A DNA stretch of 64,000 nucleotides from Octopus sinensis (Eukaryota). Below, piece by piece: positions 13,801 to 26,570 of the stretch. Numbering within the stretch: position 1 is the first letter of the stretch; the number at the start of each line of letters is the position of its first letter. Where the stretch lies: positions 43,214,001-43,278,000 of the forward strand of contig NC_043010.1 in assembly GCF_006345805.1 (NCBI RefSeq). The letters run 5' to 3'. Below the pieces are notes generated by a model. It had not been told where the DNA came from. It searched no databases and saw only the letters and a program-made list of their open reading frames with translations. The position numbers were made by a program, and so were the translations under genes.

Positions 13801-15900
13801 GTGGCCTACCTGCTCGTCACTTCATCTCAGTTCTCCACTAGGAGATATGGACCAAATCAGACCCTGAGCAGTTTAACGAGTCCGTCCGTCCAGGGCACTA
13901 CGACGCTGTTGGATGGCATCGACCCACCTCTTCAGGAGCCGATTTGCAGGCTTGCTGCTCTTGTCGCCACCTCGCAGTTCCTTTGAACAGTTCCGATTAC
14001 CTCAAAATGCTTGGTATCCGATACTATGACGGTGACCTCGTTCGTTAATGCCGTCACGGTTCTTCTGCGTCCTAGTTCGTGCACGATAACCCCCTCAGTG
14101 TTTCTTGTTTCCGTATCAGTAACTCAGGAATCAGTACATACAGAAGAGACGAAAGGTGATAACGTTGACGGACCGATCGTATGATGCTGCATGGCTTCGA
14201 TAGGAGGTCATTCGCTGTAACCATCAATCTTACATCGTTGTACATTGCAGTGAGCCAACCACTGAAGACAGGAATTACACCATCTGCTGTGAGCACAGCC
14301 ACCAAATTTTCATGGTCGACTCTATTGAAAGCTTTCCATTAATCTAAATTTACCAGGATCTCACTCATGCCACTTTCCTGGCTCGTACTCTCTACAATGT
14401 ATTGCATGAGATGAAAGTTGTCTGGGACAGATCTGAATGGTACTGCCCACGTTTGAGCATCACCAGTCAGACCATCAACGACAGTACTAATCTCTTCACT
14501 GATCCCTTAGAAGTTCCCTTAGTCAAAATTTTGAATTCTGTACTTATCAAGATTATGAGCCAATATTTTAAATGTGATTTCCCTTGTTTGCGTCCTTTGA
14601 GAGCAGTGTTATTTCTCCTCGACCTACAAAACTGGAGATTCCTTCGTTCTGCTGCCAGTTGCAGAAGGTGTCTGCCAACAGGTCTCCAAATCAGCTGGTT
14701 TTTCCGCCGTGCAACCAATCATCGCTTCCCATATTTCTGCAGCTGTTATGGGTTTTCGCAACATTCTACTTCTCTTGTCGAGGGCTGCGGCAGGTCGTCG
14801 GGGTAGACACTGAAGTCCGTTCTACAATACGGTCTGCAGCTCATCCTGAACAGTCGATCAAAGTGCCGCTGAAAATCCAAACAAAACTGCTCGGGTTTGA
14901 GCAACACACGCACATCATGGTCCATCAAAGACCAATTCATAACTTCGTTTCCAAGGTATGCCACTATCATTCGAGCCTGTCAAGCGGCATTTGTCCCTTC
15001 ATGTCTTTGAGAACGCGCCTTATGTCTGACAACGTATCCTTCGTGCTTTGCGTTGAATTGGTCATGGGCAAATGTCTTCCCTAAGCACCTATTCTAAGTT
15101 TCTAACTTGCTCAACTTCCAGTCTATTTCTTAATTGATTATGCTTTAATCGCTCTTTTCAGACTGAATCACATTGGGTGTCGACAATTTCCCCCATCATT
15201 AATCTGGTCTCTGTAAGCTTGGCGTTCAGTTGTCAGTAACTGAGTTCCTGGTAATGGGGCCTATCCAAGTTGACCGTACAGATAAAAAAACAATTATGGT
15301 TTGTGTAACTGACAATTCTAAATTATGAAGAGTCTATGCTATCCCTATCTTATAGGCTATCTAGATATGTTGCGGATGACCCGATGTTTGTTCATGTCGA
15401 CATTAGCACATAGGAAAATCTTGCAGGAACCTGTCAGTTGGAAACGTCTGAGCAAATTTGTGAGGCTTTTGCATCCCCCTATCAATTGGTTACTCTCACA
15501 CAATCCAAGCGTGCATCCAAGATACCATTCCAATCTCACTAACACTAAAGTATGAGGCTTTCCCAGGAAGCACTCTAGATTTCTGGAGAAATCTGGTCAC
15601 CCGGTCATATTGGGCTGTAAACATATATTAGTTTGGCCTTCACTGCTGGTCATGTTCAGTACCAACAACTTACTTTCTGGGTACAAGAAAATGGTTCGTA
15701 TCGTGAGATTCAGAATTTTCCAAAGTTACTCTGAATTCTATTCTCGGTTGACTGGAGGTAAGTAGGTCTTGTAACCACCAAAAATGAGCACAAAGGCTCA
15801 TGGATCGATGTCCACCACATCTATGTCTGTTGACCTGAGGACGTTTAGCAGGTGGCCCTACTTCTAAGACGATCACAGGTCACCTGAATTTACACTTCCT
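13801..15900 (-). mobile_element. Heavily degenerate Tx1-like LINE ORF2 (APE endonuclease to RT)
   Basis: DWNGILDARLD-like APE motif near 15530, RT remnants SVRQRYHLSSLLYVL near 14150, and similarity to 9600-10400. Confidence 0.7.
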
Positions 15901-16718
15901 ATCCAGAGTAAGGACATGTTCGATGGAAGGAGAAAAGTGAAAGATCATTAATTCTCGGTGACTTGGGGAAGACATGTATTCCATTCCTTTGATGTTTCCT
16001 AAAGCAGTCTTATTGATATCTATCCATTCTGAAGTCTCCTACTCTGATAAGATATTTGTTTTTTTTTATGGTGTTGCATATGGTTTTTATTGTTTGTATG
16101 ACTTTTGTGTGATGGTGTGCTATCAGTTGGTTTGATGAAATCGTTCTGAATAATATTTGTGAGCTTACGTATGCACTCCATTAATTCTTTGTTGTTTGTA
16201 TTTATGGTAATGAAGTATATGTTTTTTTGCTGTTGTTGTTCTTGGTTCAAGTGCACTATGGGCTTTTCTGCTGTTTGCGATGATGGTTGTGCCTGTGGTG
16301 GTGAGGATGATGATGGTGTTTGTAGTATTGGTGTGTCATTGTTGGGGGTGTTTCTTCTGTCTGTTTGAAGCCACCATAATTTTCATTGGCATGTTTTTAC
16401 CCCTTTTTCTTTTTCTTGTTTGTTACTTTTTGCCACTTATTATTATTTGCCACAAAATATCGACACTACTTATACATAAGTAGCATATAATATTTCAGGA
16501 AAAACCTTTTTGTCCAATTTGGCAGAAGAAATGAGAAGAACATTAAAATTTTTGTCAGTGCCCTGTTGATGCTTCATGTTACCATCCTGTGCACCAACGG
16601 GCCATGTGTGTGTGTGTGCGGCTGGGTAAAGGCACAACAAACCCATTCATCCATTCTCCAGAAGTGCCCTGGTGATGTTTCATGTTTCCAATCCTGTGTT
16701 TAGTTGGACGAGTGAATA

Positions 16719-17198
16719 CAGGATGTCCCAGAATTAATAAGTTGAGTGAAATCAGATGCATTTTTTTTTAAAACTCACTTTCATTTATGTTTATAATGTT
16801 CAATATGTGTTAAAAGTGTATAAATTTTGAATTTGTTTATAATTTTATTTTCATTCCTATTGGACCCCTCTTATTTGTCCATGACAGCTTTTCTTTTCAA
16901 TTTGGCAGCAATCATTTTCTTTACCTCCATCCCCATGATGAAGCAATCATTTAGCTGAGCTTAAAGAACACATTCAGTTAACAGTGCAGGAGCTAACTCC
17001 TGAAATGCTTCAAAATGTGTTTCACAACACTAAGGAGAGATTTGAAGTATGCAGGAATACAGACATTGTTAAAAATTTTCAATAAAAGTTTGACATAAGT
17101 TTTATAAATATATTTGTTTTGGTAATAAACATAAAATTCTGCCAGTTTTTAAAAAAATTGCTCAATTTCATTGAAACAGATAATTCTGGAACACCCTG
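16719..17198 (+). mobile_element. Internally deleted Tc1/mariner-type element (480 bp) with TIRs and TA TSD
   Basis: TA|CAGGATGTCCCAGAATT ... AATTCTGGAACACCCTG|TA. The internal remnant LAELKEHIQLTVQELTPEMLQNVFHNTKERFEVC resembles a transposase C-terminus. Confidence 0.8.
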
Positions 17199-18104
17199 TA
17201 AGGTGTAGTGTTGTTAGTTGTTGCGTTACTTGAGTAAATATTAAAATCAAAGGTCTTCTCGCCATAAACATCCCATCTTTTTGTTAGGCATACTGTATCA
17301 AGGTGTATATTATCCAAAATGTATCTCTCCTTTATAGGCGTGGCTGTGTGGTTGAGAAGCTTACTTTTCAACCATGGGTTCAGTCCCATAGTGTGGCACG
17401 TTGGGCAATTCTCTTTCATTACAGCTCTGTGCTGACCAAAGCCTTGTGTATTATATAATTGCCATTACTGTATTGATATATAAAATAACACATACAAAAG
17501 TTCATGTATGAAATTGATCTTTTTTCTACTTCAATTATTACGTTTTTTTTCTTATAAAATACACACATACAGGAGGAGTAAATGTATATATATAATAACA
17601 CTTTGAATGTGACTCCTGAGAAAGAGTAAAAGTAATTAACTTATCAACAACAGTTACTACTGCTAGTTGTCTATAAAATTTTTTCTTCTTTTTGAGAAAT
17701 TACAATGCTGTAATATTTTTGCAGGTAGTATGCATTCTCCATTATATCTCATTATGTACATACAATGGAGTATATTGGGTTTGAGACTCAAATGCTGGAC
17801 AGGAAATTGAGAGAATGTAAAAATTCCCAATAAGTACTAGGCTTAAAAAATTTTTTTTAAAAAATATATTGGGATTAATTCAGAGAGAAAGTTGCAGAAA
17901 GCAATGCCACAACTTGCTGGCTTGATAGAGAGTAGTCTGAGAAAATTTATTAACCACATACTCATCTTACAACATTCATTGTATCATATTCCAGAGTAAG
18001 GCACATTAACCTGCTTACTCTAGTTTTGCTGACTAGCAGAAAACAGGGTGCCTCATCTCTACATCATTGCTGAATGATCAGTAGAAGTATCTAACTGTAA
18101 AATT

Positions 18105-18395
18105 TTGAGCGTAGCAGTTACTAGCATCGCCTGACTGGGCTCCGTGTCGGTGACACGTAAAAGCACCAACCGATCGTGGCCGTTTGCCAGCCTGCGTTGG
18201 CTCCTGTGCTGGTGGCATGTAAAAAACACCCACTACACTCACGGAGTGGTTGGCGTTAGGAAGGGCATCCAGCTGTAGAAACACTGCCAAATAAGACTGG
18301 AGCCTGGTGCAGCTTCCATGACTTACCAGACCCTGGTTGAACCGTCCAACCCATGCTAGCATGGAAAACGGACGTTAAATGATGATGATGATGAA
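18105..18395 (+). mobile_element. SINE-like family C with (GAT)n tail
   Basis: ggttggcgttaggaagggcatccagctgtagaaa...ccatgctagcatggaaaacggacgttaaatgatgatg. Minus-strand relatives lie at 5410-5500, 5750-5940, 27660-27990 and 30560-30800. Confidence 0.8.
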
Positions 18396-20184
18396 AAACA
18401 AAAACACACACACCCACAAATATATACCTAACCCTGCTTGGAGCAATGAATATAGAATGCATGCATATGCATACATACAAAACTATATGTGTATACATGT
18501 GCATATGTAAATACATATATAAATATATTAACAAAGCAATAAAAAAATATCATTTACTATTCAAACAATATAATAATACAAAATAGGACTAAATTTATCA
18601 TTGTTTATTGCTTGATTTATTTAAAATTTCTCTAACTAGTTTACACACTCTGCCTAATATACACAAAAATGTTGTCTGAAACACTAAGAAATTAGGTTTA
18701 AGATGTTAATAACACACCTCCAATATTATCCACCAACCAGTTTATATTATCATACATCAATTGAGACATTTTTTATTCCCATGCACTAGTGAAACAGAGT
18801 CAAATGCTTCATATTTTGTAATCAGAGAGATCCATTAGAGAACAGCTGACTTCAGAGAATTGGAAAATGAATGTTGGGATGTTAATGCCTTTCCCAAGAT
18901 GCATAAACAGATATTGAATAAGTAGCCTTAGCTAGGAATGTAACCCATGCAATAGACTTCAAAGCTTATTATTTATGCAATGGTACTTGTGCAAAAGACA
19001 TATTTGAGATTCACAGCTGGTCTGGGGCAAATGGGCACCAACTAATGATTGAAGATTTTGGCAGTCCTTATTCCATTTTTGTGCTATCATTTCTCACATT
19101 GTGTATATGTATATATGTATGTATATATATGTATATATCTATCTACACATACACACGAAGTACATTTGAACATACACACATGAAGCACATTCACATATAA
19201 AGACACACACAGATAATCCACTCACTCTCTCTCTCTCTCTCTTAAGTGCATGCATAAAAATTCATCCACATACACAACTAAAATATAAAAGTGACATTTA
19301 ATTAATTAAAAAATCAAAACAATTAGCATGGATGCTAATTAATTTTGATGATAATTTTCCTTTTGTCTTCATTTTCTCAAGTCTTTAGCATTAACACAAA
19401 AATTAAAGCCTAGAAACACAGGTAAAAAAGAAGTTAAATAATAGTAATTTCTTTTATTGGCATGGGTTCACAAATTTTGAGGGAAAGAGTGCAGAGTCAC
19501 TCCCAGCAGTATCTGAATCCAGAACATAAAGGGATGTAACTAAATACTATTCATTAATTAAATTAATAATTTCTAACATAGGAATCAGAGCACAAATTTT
19601 GGAGGAGGATACTGTCAACTAACTCAACCGTAGAATTCAACTGGAATTTTTTCTATCAACCCCAATAGAATGTAGGGCCAAGTAAACTTTGATTTGGCTT
19701 AGGCAGGATTTGAACCAAGAACATAAACAGACATAACTAAAAATACCATAAGGCATTTTTTTAAACTGATTCTCTACCAATTTTAAGATCGACAACCATA
19801 GTAACAATAATACAAACAATAAACTGCAAATATTTATAACATAATGGAAAATTGACATTCAGGCATAAAAAGAAAAAAAGATATAACTACAATGAATATA
19901 TAAAAATTATATATAAAAAAAAAAGAAACAAGCATTTTTGAATTTCTAAGGAATGTTGTTTTTACAGTTAAAACACAAGCAAAGGAAAAGTAAATTCACC
20001 AGATTTAGATTATAATTTGCCCTCAGTTGCTAGTATATGAACATGTATGTATATATGTATGAGTACACAATTATGTGTGTATACTGACATGCTAATGAGA
20101 TAATATATTTCTATGTATATAGGAACATACATGTGTTAGCAGATATTTTTATGTATATATGAACACTATATACATACATGTCTG

Positions 20185-20219
<35 letters not shown>

Positions 20220-20334
20220 TTGATAGCATACATTTATATGTGCATATATGCATAAGTTTTGAGCAATAACAATGTATCTTGCTCATCGCACTTCAGGTGC
20301 GAAACTGATGTCCGGCAGAGAAAATATTTGAACT

Positions 20335-22209
20335 TCATGAATAAATTGCTTGCCACAGGTGGTTCGTCACAGAAACTGGTGGGTAATCTTTGATGTTTTT
20401 ACAGGCAGGAGGTGTGGTTCCAGGTCGAGCAAAACTATTGTTACTCTCAACTACAAATGGCCCAGGAGGTGGAGGGAGAACAGCCACTGGCGATGTTAGA
20501 CCAGAGCTGCCAGCTGGTAGAACTGTAGATGCAGCAACTGCCGAATGAGAATGCTGGTGTTGATGGTGGCTGTGTTGCCTAGCATGTGTGCGCCTATGTC
20601 GCTGCAGTTTGTCAGTGCGAGCGAACAGCTTCCCGCAAAACTCACAGCTGAATGGTTTCTCTCCCGAGTGGGTCCTTCGATGACATTGCAACGTATCGCG
20701 TCGAGCAAATCTTTGGATGCACAGATCACACTGATAGGGTTTGTCGCCAGTGTGGGTTCGCTTGTGACATTGCAGGGTATCCCGGCGGGCAAACCGGCGG
20801 CCACAGACATCACACTCATATGGCCTCTCACCAGAGTGTGTTCGCTTGTGACAAACAAGTTTATCCCGCTGGGCAAACTGCCTCTGACAAAGATTGCATT
20901 GGAATGGTTTTATGCCTGAATGAGTACGCTTGTGGCAAGTTAACTGATCCGATCTAGCAAATTTTTTCGGGCAGAGGTCACAGGCAAAAGGTTTCAGTCC
21001 GGTGTGAGTTCGTTTGTGACACAACAGTGTATCTCGTCTAGCAAACTGACCACTGCAAAGATCACAGTGATACGGTTTTTCACCCGAATGAGTCCGTTTG
21101 TGACATTGAAGTTTGTCCCGCCGGGCAAATTTTTTAGGGCAGACTTCACATTGAAATGGCTTTTCACCAGTGTGGGTTCGTTTGTGACATTGCAGGGTGT
21201 CTCGACGAGCAAACTGCCCATTACAGATATCGCAACGGAAAGGCTTCTCACCTGTATGAGTCCGTTTATGACACTGCAATGCATCTCGACGGGCAAATTG
21301 ATGTGGGCAAACATCACAGTGATATGGTTTCTCTTGATGAACATGTTGGTTGGATAGTTGCTGTTGTTGTTGTTGCTGCTGTTGTTGATGCTGCTGCTGC
21401 TGCTGTTGTTGTTGCTGTTGCTGTGATTGTTGATGTGGTGTGGTTACTGTTGAAATAGGTGACGGTGGTGGTGGAGGCTGTAATGATTGTTGTGGATGAC
21501 TTTGGTGATGAGGATGATGAACAATGGGTGGTGATGACATGGGCTGGGAGGAGCAAGTTGATGAAGGGGGACATATATCGCAATGCTGGTGGTGGGATGT
21601 TGAATTTGAAGGTGAAGGTGTTGATGGAGAGGACGGCAGAAGAGGTGGCATATGCGGAGGTGGACAGATATCGCAGTGAAAGTTGGGAGCCTTGTCAAGA
21701 TGCTGGTACTGGTTTATGTGTGCCTGATGAGGTGACATTGATGGGCAGGCGTCACAATGGAAAGGCTTGCTGAGATTGCGAGAAGTGTGATGGGGGGAGG
21801 GCGAGGATGAAGCAGTACCTTTTGGTTGATTTATCAGTGGTGAAGATGAGGATGAAGAGGAAGAGGAACTTGGAGATGGTAGAGGTAAAGGGGGGATTGG
21901 TGGCGCCATTGTTGGCATCGGGGGAGGTATTGATGATTGTGGCAAGGCTTTTCCCAATGAGAGAGGCTTGCCATAAATGTCCCAGTAAGGTTTACTGACA
22001 GCAGTAGCACTATGTAACCGATTGTGCATATGCATGGAACTGCAGTTTGGTGGATAGGATTTTGGGTTACACATGTTTCCATGGTATACTTTTTCTGAGT
22101 GCATGTGGGGCATTTTATGTATGGGTGGGGCAGGTCCAGCATTGCTGCAGGGAAGGAACTGCTTTTGACGCATGCTTTTCCCTCCACTATGTCCAAGATG
22201 ACTTTCCAT
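20335..22209 (-). CDS. C2H2 zinc-finger protein, 624 aa: nine tandem fingers after a Pro/Ser/His/Gln-rich N-terminus
   Basis: Uninterrupted ORF with nine C-x2-C-x12-H-x3-H units joined by TGEKPF/SGEKPY-type linkers (~20585-21330). An in-frame TAA just upstream of the ATG supports a single-exon CDS. GC content is higher than in the flanks. Confidence 0.95.
   Translation of the reverse strand: MESHLGHSGGKSMRQKQFLPCSNAGPAPPIHKMPHMHSEKVYHGNMCNPKSYPPNCSSMHMHNRLHSATAVSKPYWDIYGKPLSLGKALPQSSIPPPMPTMAPPIPPLPLPSPSSSSSSSSSSPLINQPKGTASSSPSPHHTSRNLSKPFHCDACPSMSPHQAHINQYQHLDKAPNFHCDICPPPHMPPLLPSSPSTPSPSNSTSHHQHCDICPPSSTCSSQPMSSPPIVHHPHHQSHPQQSLQPPPPPSPISTVTTPHQQSQQQQQQQQQQQHQQQQQQQQQQLSNQHVHQEKPYHCDVCPHQFARRDALQCHKRTHTGEKPFRCDICNGQFARRDTLQCHKRTHTGEKPFQCEVCPKKFARRDKLQCHKRTHSGEKPYHCDLCSGQFARRDTLLCHKRTHTGLKPFACDLCPKKFARSDQLTCHKRTHSGIKPFQCNLCQRQFAQRDKLVCHKRTHSGERPYECDVCGRRFARRDTLQCHKRTHTGDKPYQCDLCIQRFARRDTLQCHRRTHSGEKPFSCEFCGKLFARTDKLQRHRRTHARQHSHHQHQHSHSAVAASTVLPAGSSGLTSPVAVLPPPPGPFVVESNNSFARPGTTPPACKNIKDYPPVSVTNHLWQAIYS
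21355..21430 (-). repeat. Coding CAG/CAA repeat (poly-Q tract) in the zinc-finger gene
   Basis: The plus strand shows (tgt/tgc)n, and the protein reads QQSQQQQQQQQQQQHQQQQQQQQQQ. Confidence 0.95.
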
Positions 22210-23584
22210 GACAATTTTTACAAAGATTGTAATATTTAGTTAGAAATAAAAGTTCAGTTTCATAACATTTATAATAAAGTTTCTAAAATCAAATTGGAAA
22301 AAATTCCAAAACAAGAAAATTTCTTCCAGTTTTTCTCTGAATATATATATGTCAGTCTATTTGTCTGTTGGTCTATCTCACTCTTACATTAATATAACCA
22401 TTAATCTCTCCCATTCTGTCAATCAATCAAACCTTTTAATGTATGCGTGTGTATGTATCTGAGGTTTTATCACTATCTTTTAAAAATATGTATATGTGTG
22501 TATATTTGTTTGAATTTAGAAAAAGTACTCGATACAAAAGTAGAACATAAATATTTATTGTAGAGCCGATTACTTTCTGTTACTAAATGTGAAACTGTGC
22601 ATAGTAACAGAGATTAATCTCAGGCCAACAATAAATATATGTGTATGTGTGTTTGAGTGCACATGGGAGTGTTTAAACTTTGAGATAAATCAAATAAAAC
22701 CAGATAAATTAATTAGTTCCATTTTTCCCAATTTAAAAAGAAATATTTCTTTTCCAAATTTTTTTTTTTAACTTTTCAAAACAAATGAATTTTTCTGAAT
22801 ATCAAATAAGAATATTCCCTATAATGATTGCTTTTGCTTCCTTCAGTTTTGCTTCTTTGTAAGAATATAAATATTTTTTTTGTTGCTTAGCATGATTTTT
22901 TTCTTGTTCAGAAGGATATTTATTTTTTCCAACTGAAAAATCAAAGATCAAAAAGAAGAAAAAACTTAATACTTTTTAAATTTACAAAACAATTTGTAAA
23001 TAACTCAACTATTTCTTTCTTTCGGTGTAATTTAAATTTTCAAGAAAGCCAATTCGAACCAGAATACGTCAATCAAAATATATCAATCTTCTTCAATACA
23101 GCAGAGTTTTCAGAAATCGGATGGTTTTTTTGTTGTTTTGTTTTTGCTTTGTTTTATATAATTTTTTTCTCAGTCCCTTCAAACATAGTAAATCGTTTCA
23201 CACTCTTGAAAAGCATCCTCCGTAGAATAAGGGGTTCGATAATGATAGTTTTTCTGCAAAATGTAATATCTGAAAATATGAAATAGAACTTAATTAAGAT
23301 TTGATTTATATATTTGTAGTGAAGATAACAAGTATATATATCTCTTCTTCTACACACATTTTCCAACACTGTTAACATTATGTTACCAATTCAGCCAACC
23401 ACTTATCCCATGTCCAGATTTATTCTTTCACCTTTAATCTCTTTCTGCAATCTTTATGTAATCAAAATACAGAATAAAGCAGTCTCAAATCTCTCTTGTC
23501 AAACTTTAATTTTTTTTATTTTGAAACCTTGTTTCAAATCCTAATATTTAATGTATTTTGGGCATTGAACTGACAGAATTATTA

Positions 23585-23785
23585 TCATGCTGGGCAAAAC
23601 ACTCAGTGGCACTTCATCTGTCTTTACGTTCTGAGTTCAGATTCTGCTGAGGTTGACTTTGCTTTCATCTATTCAGGGTTGATAAAAATAAGTACCAGTT
23701 GATTACTGGGGTCGATGTAATTGATTTACCCCCTTCCCCGAAATTGCTGGCTTTGTGCCAAAATTAGAAACCAATATCTAATGCC
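23585..23785 (+). mobile_element. SINE family A, diverged copy
   Basis: ttctgagttcagattctgctgaggttgactttgctttcatc...ctggggtcgatgtaattg matches the family A core. Confidence 0.75.
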
Positions 23786-24369
23786 CTTCCTATTTTTAAA
23801 ATGGTTGGGTATGGTGAGGGAGATTTGATTGTTATTGCCTGCAGACTGAGTAACCACATAAAAAGCTCTTTCATTGACTCCATGACTAAAGTGATGGTTA
23901 TAAGGGATGCTTTTCCAATTCCAAAAAATTCGAAGTCTTCAGCTTCTGACAGGCATCAATTAGTAAAAAGTCCACATTTTTTTCTGTAAATATAACCATA
24001 GACCCTAACAAAGATCTCTAAGCTTACAAAAAGCCACAAATTTATAGATAAGAGCCACTGTAAATCAAATTGACACCAGTACATATCTGGTACTTATTTT
24101 ATCAATCTGGATGGATGAAAGATAGAGGCAGCACCTTTCCACATAAGCTCCCTGTTTTCCTCAGAATCTGATAGTCACCAATATTTTTTCACCTTCTTTA
24201 TCTTCTTCCGCTAAATTAACTTTTCTTTTTCAGTCTGCTTAAGTCTTATTAAGACAGAAACCATTAATATGTACTGGGTTGAACAGTTTTCACCAGGAAA
24301 AATTTAGCATTTGCAACCACCTGCCTATTCCAATTCTGAGTGAGAAAATAAAATCTATCAGGATTGTGC

Positions 24370-24680
24370 ATTTACTTATTTAGGAGGTGATAAGGGTGGC
24401 TGTCAGTTTCTTGAAGTTTGTACTGTAAATGGTTAGATCTCTTGCCTGATAGAAATCCAGGACCCTTGATCTTTCCTTATCCTTTGTATTGTAAATATAA
24501 TTTCCACTTATGTCAGAGAAACCCTCTCGCTGTTGTCCAACATGTTCATTAAAATTGCCAGCCATAATAATGAGTTACTATCATTTGTTATGCAGTTTAT
24601 CTGCAAAAGGGTTTCATAAAAAAGTAATCCTTTGGTTCATCTGCCAGCCCTGACTGTTATTCAAATGCAGAGATGTCATC
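24370..24680 (-). mobile_element. RTE-type LINE APE endonuclease fragment
   Basis: IMAGNFNEHVGQQREGF...RVLDFYQARDLTIYSTNFKK resembles the GDFNGHVG...N-T-F-K-K segment of RTE endonucleases. Confidence 0.7.
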
Positions 24681-25169
24681 ACTGAGTTATTTATAACTAA
24701 CCTAAGCTTAATTATCCTATCATATACTCTGACCTCCTCAATTACTTTATCTATTCATTTGTTTGCTCACAATAATACTATCTCATTGCAGTTTCCTATC
24801 CAGAGGAGTTTGTATCTCTATTCCTTGTCCACGATGAGTCTGGCTGAAGCAACCTTCTACTTTATTTCTTGCACACAATACACAGCTACTCATCTTTGTT
24901 CAAGTATCTCCACAATCTCTCCTGACCTACCTTTCATTGTGTCAATATTGATGGTAGCAATCCTAATGATGTTGACCAGACAGAAAGAGTAGAGGCATCC
25001 ATTGGTGATTCAATTTGATGGTATCTGTTTTCAGCAACTGAAAAGAAAGAAAAAAAATTACACTCATGGTCAGATGTTTCTACCTGACAAGGTTTTGCTA
25101 TTATTCTTAAAATGAACTGCAACAATTTATAAGTTTCCTAAGTTGTGTAAATACTAACCACTTGGCATG

Positions 25170-25830
25170 TATTAAGTGACAAGGAGAAGGATAGGCTTTG
25201 TTAGAAACACCCAGAGTTTCCCCAAGAACGTTGTCGCACTTTCCCTCCACAAGCCCTCTAGAGAACGCTAAAGTGGAACTATCACTGACTGCATTGCCTG
25301 CCAGCAGAGGGCTGTGACCGCTTGATGGCACTTGAGGTGCCAAGTGCCCCACCTTGGTCTACGCCTAATCTAGGATTGCAGCTCAATCAAAGAGACGAGC
25401 TGAGGAAAAGCATGCCTGATAAACGGTGACCACACCTGCTCATGGTCAAGGAAATGCTGGAGATGCCGCAACCTCAGCACATGTCTGCGCATCAATAACG
25501 ACAGTATGCCAAGCCCTCCATTCAGTGGCTGTTGACAGCAGATGGAGTGCCTGACCAATGGAATGTGCCCCTTCCACAGAAAGCGGAAGAGTAAGTGCAC
25601 CAGCTAGGTCAACCAGCAAACAGAGCAAGGGACAGTCAAGTGGTAATTGATGATGGATGCGATGTATGCATTCACCGCCTCCGCTCGACCATTGAGGGAC
25701 AGCCTCCTCTCAGCCCATTTCTGGGTGAGATTGGCCACCCTGCTCGTCACCCCATCTCAGTTCTTCTCCACCTGGAGGTCTGGACCAAACCAGACTCTAA
25801 GCAATTTAAAGGGAACATCCGTCCAGAAAT
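25170..25830 (-). mobile_element. Tx1-like LINE fragment (post-RT region)
   Basis: LLFRFLWKGHIPLVRHSICCQQPLNGGLG...LRLRHL parallels ILFRFLWNGGKPLVKRSVCCQKP in 9237-9596. Confidence 0.85.
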
Positions 25831-25984
25831 AATAAAAATAATAAGTGAATGTAGCATGCTGGCACAGAAAAAATACAAGAAAAGACATGACAATCTAGGA
25901 AGAGCAATGTAGAAAGCTAGGATTAAAACATACTGATAAGTGGTATGAACATGAACCTAGTAAAGTACTAGAAAGTAAGAAATA

Positions 25985-26570
25985 TAAGATGTGGGACTTT
26001 AACATTCAGATGGACAGAGTAATAGAAGCTAGAAGGCCTGATTTGGTAGTAGTAGATGAATAGAAAGTGTCAGCTAATTGACTTTACAGTCCCAAATGAT
26101 GAGAAAGTCAATATGAGAGGTATAGAGAAAAGAGCAAAGTACCAGGACTTTGTTATTAGGGACAACTAGGAAGTATATGGTACAGTATATGGTGCAGTCA
26201 TTAAGTAGAAAGAGTACTTGTATCAGAAACACACAAGATTTTGTGGGATTTTCCAATTCAAATAGATAAGAGGATAGAACATCAAAGGTTAGATATTACA
26301 GTAATAGACAATGAAAATTGAATTTGCTTATTGATTGATCCATCATGACTGATACCATGATTGTGAGTATTTGGAAGTTGAAATCTATAAAGGTGGTACT
26401 TGTGATGATTGGTGCATTAAGAACTGTGAGTGATGACACAGACAAATGGATAAAGGAGATTGGAATAGAATGTTCTGTAGAACTTCCACAGAAGGCTTGC
26501 TCCTTAAAAACAGGAAAGACCATCAGAAGGGTTTTGAGTACTTGATGGCTTACTGAAATCATGAGGATAT
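25985..26570 (+). mobile_element. C-terminal restriction-like endonuclease (REL) domain of an R2/R4/NeSL-group LINE, degenerate
   Basis: WDFNIQMDRVIEARRPDLVVVD, then IDFTVP, then VVLVMIGALRTVS...WIKEIGI...QKACSLKTGKTIRRVL*. Confidence 0.75.

Noticed and set aside
20496-21998. Numerous overlapping 90-126 aa ORFs on both strands within the ZF gene
   Set aside because: These are shadow ORFs produced by the repetitive, GC-richer coding sequence.
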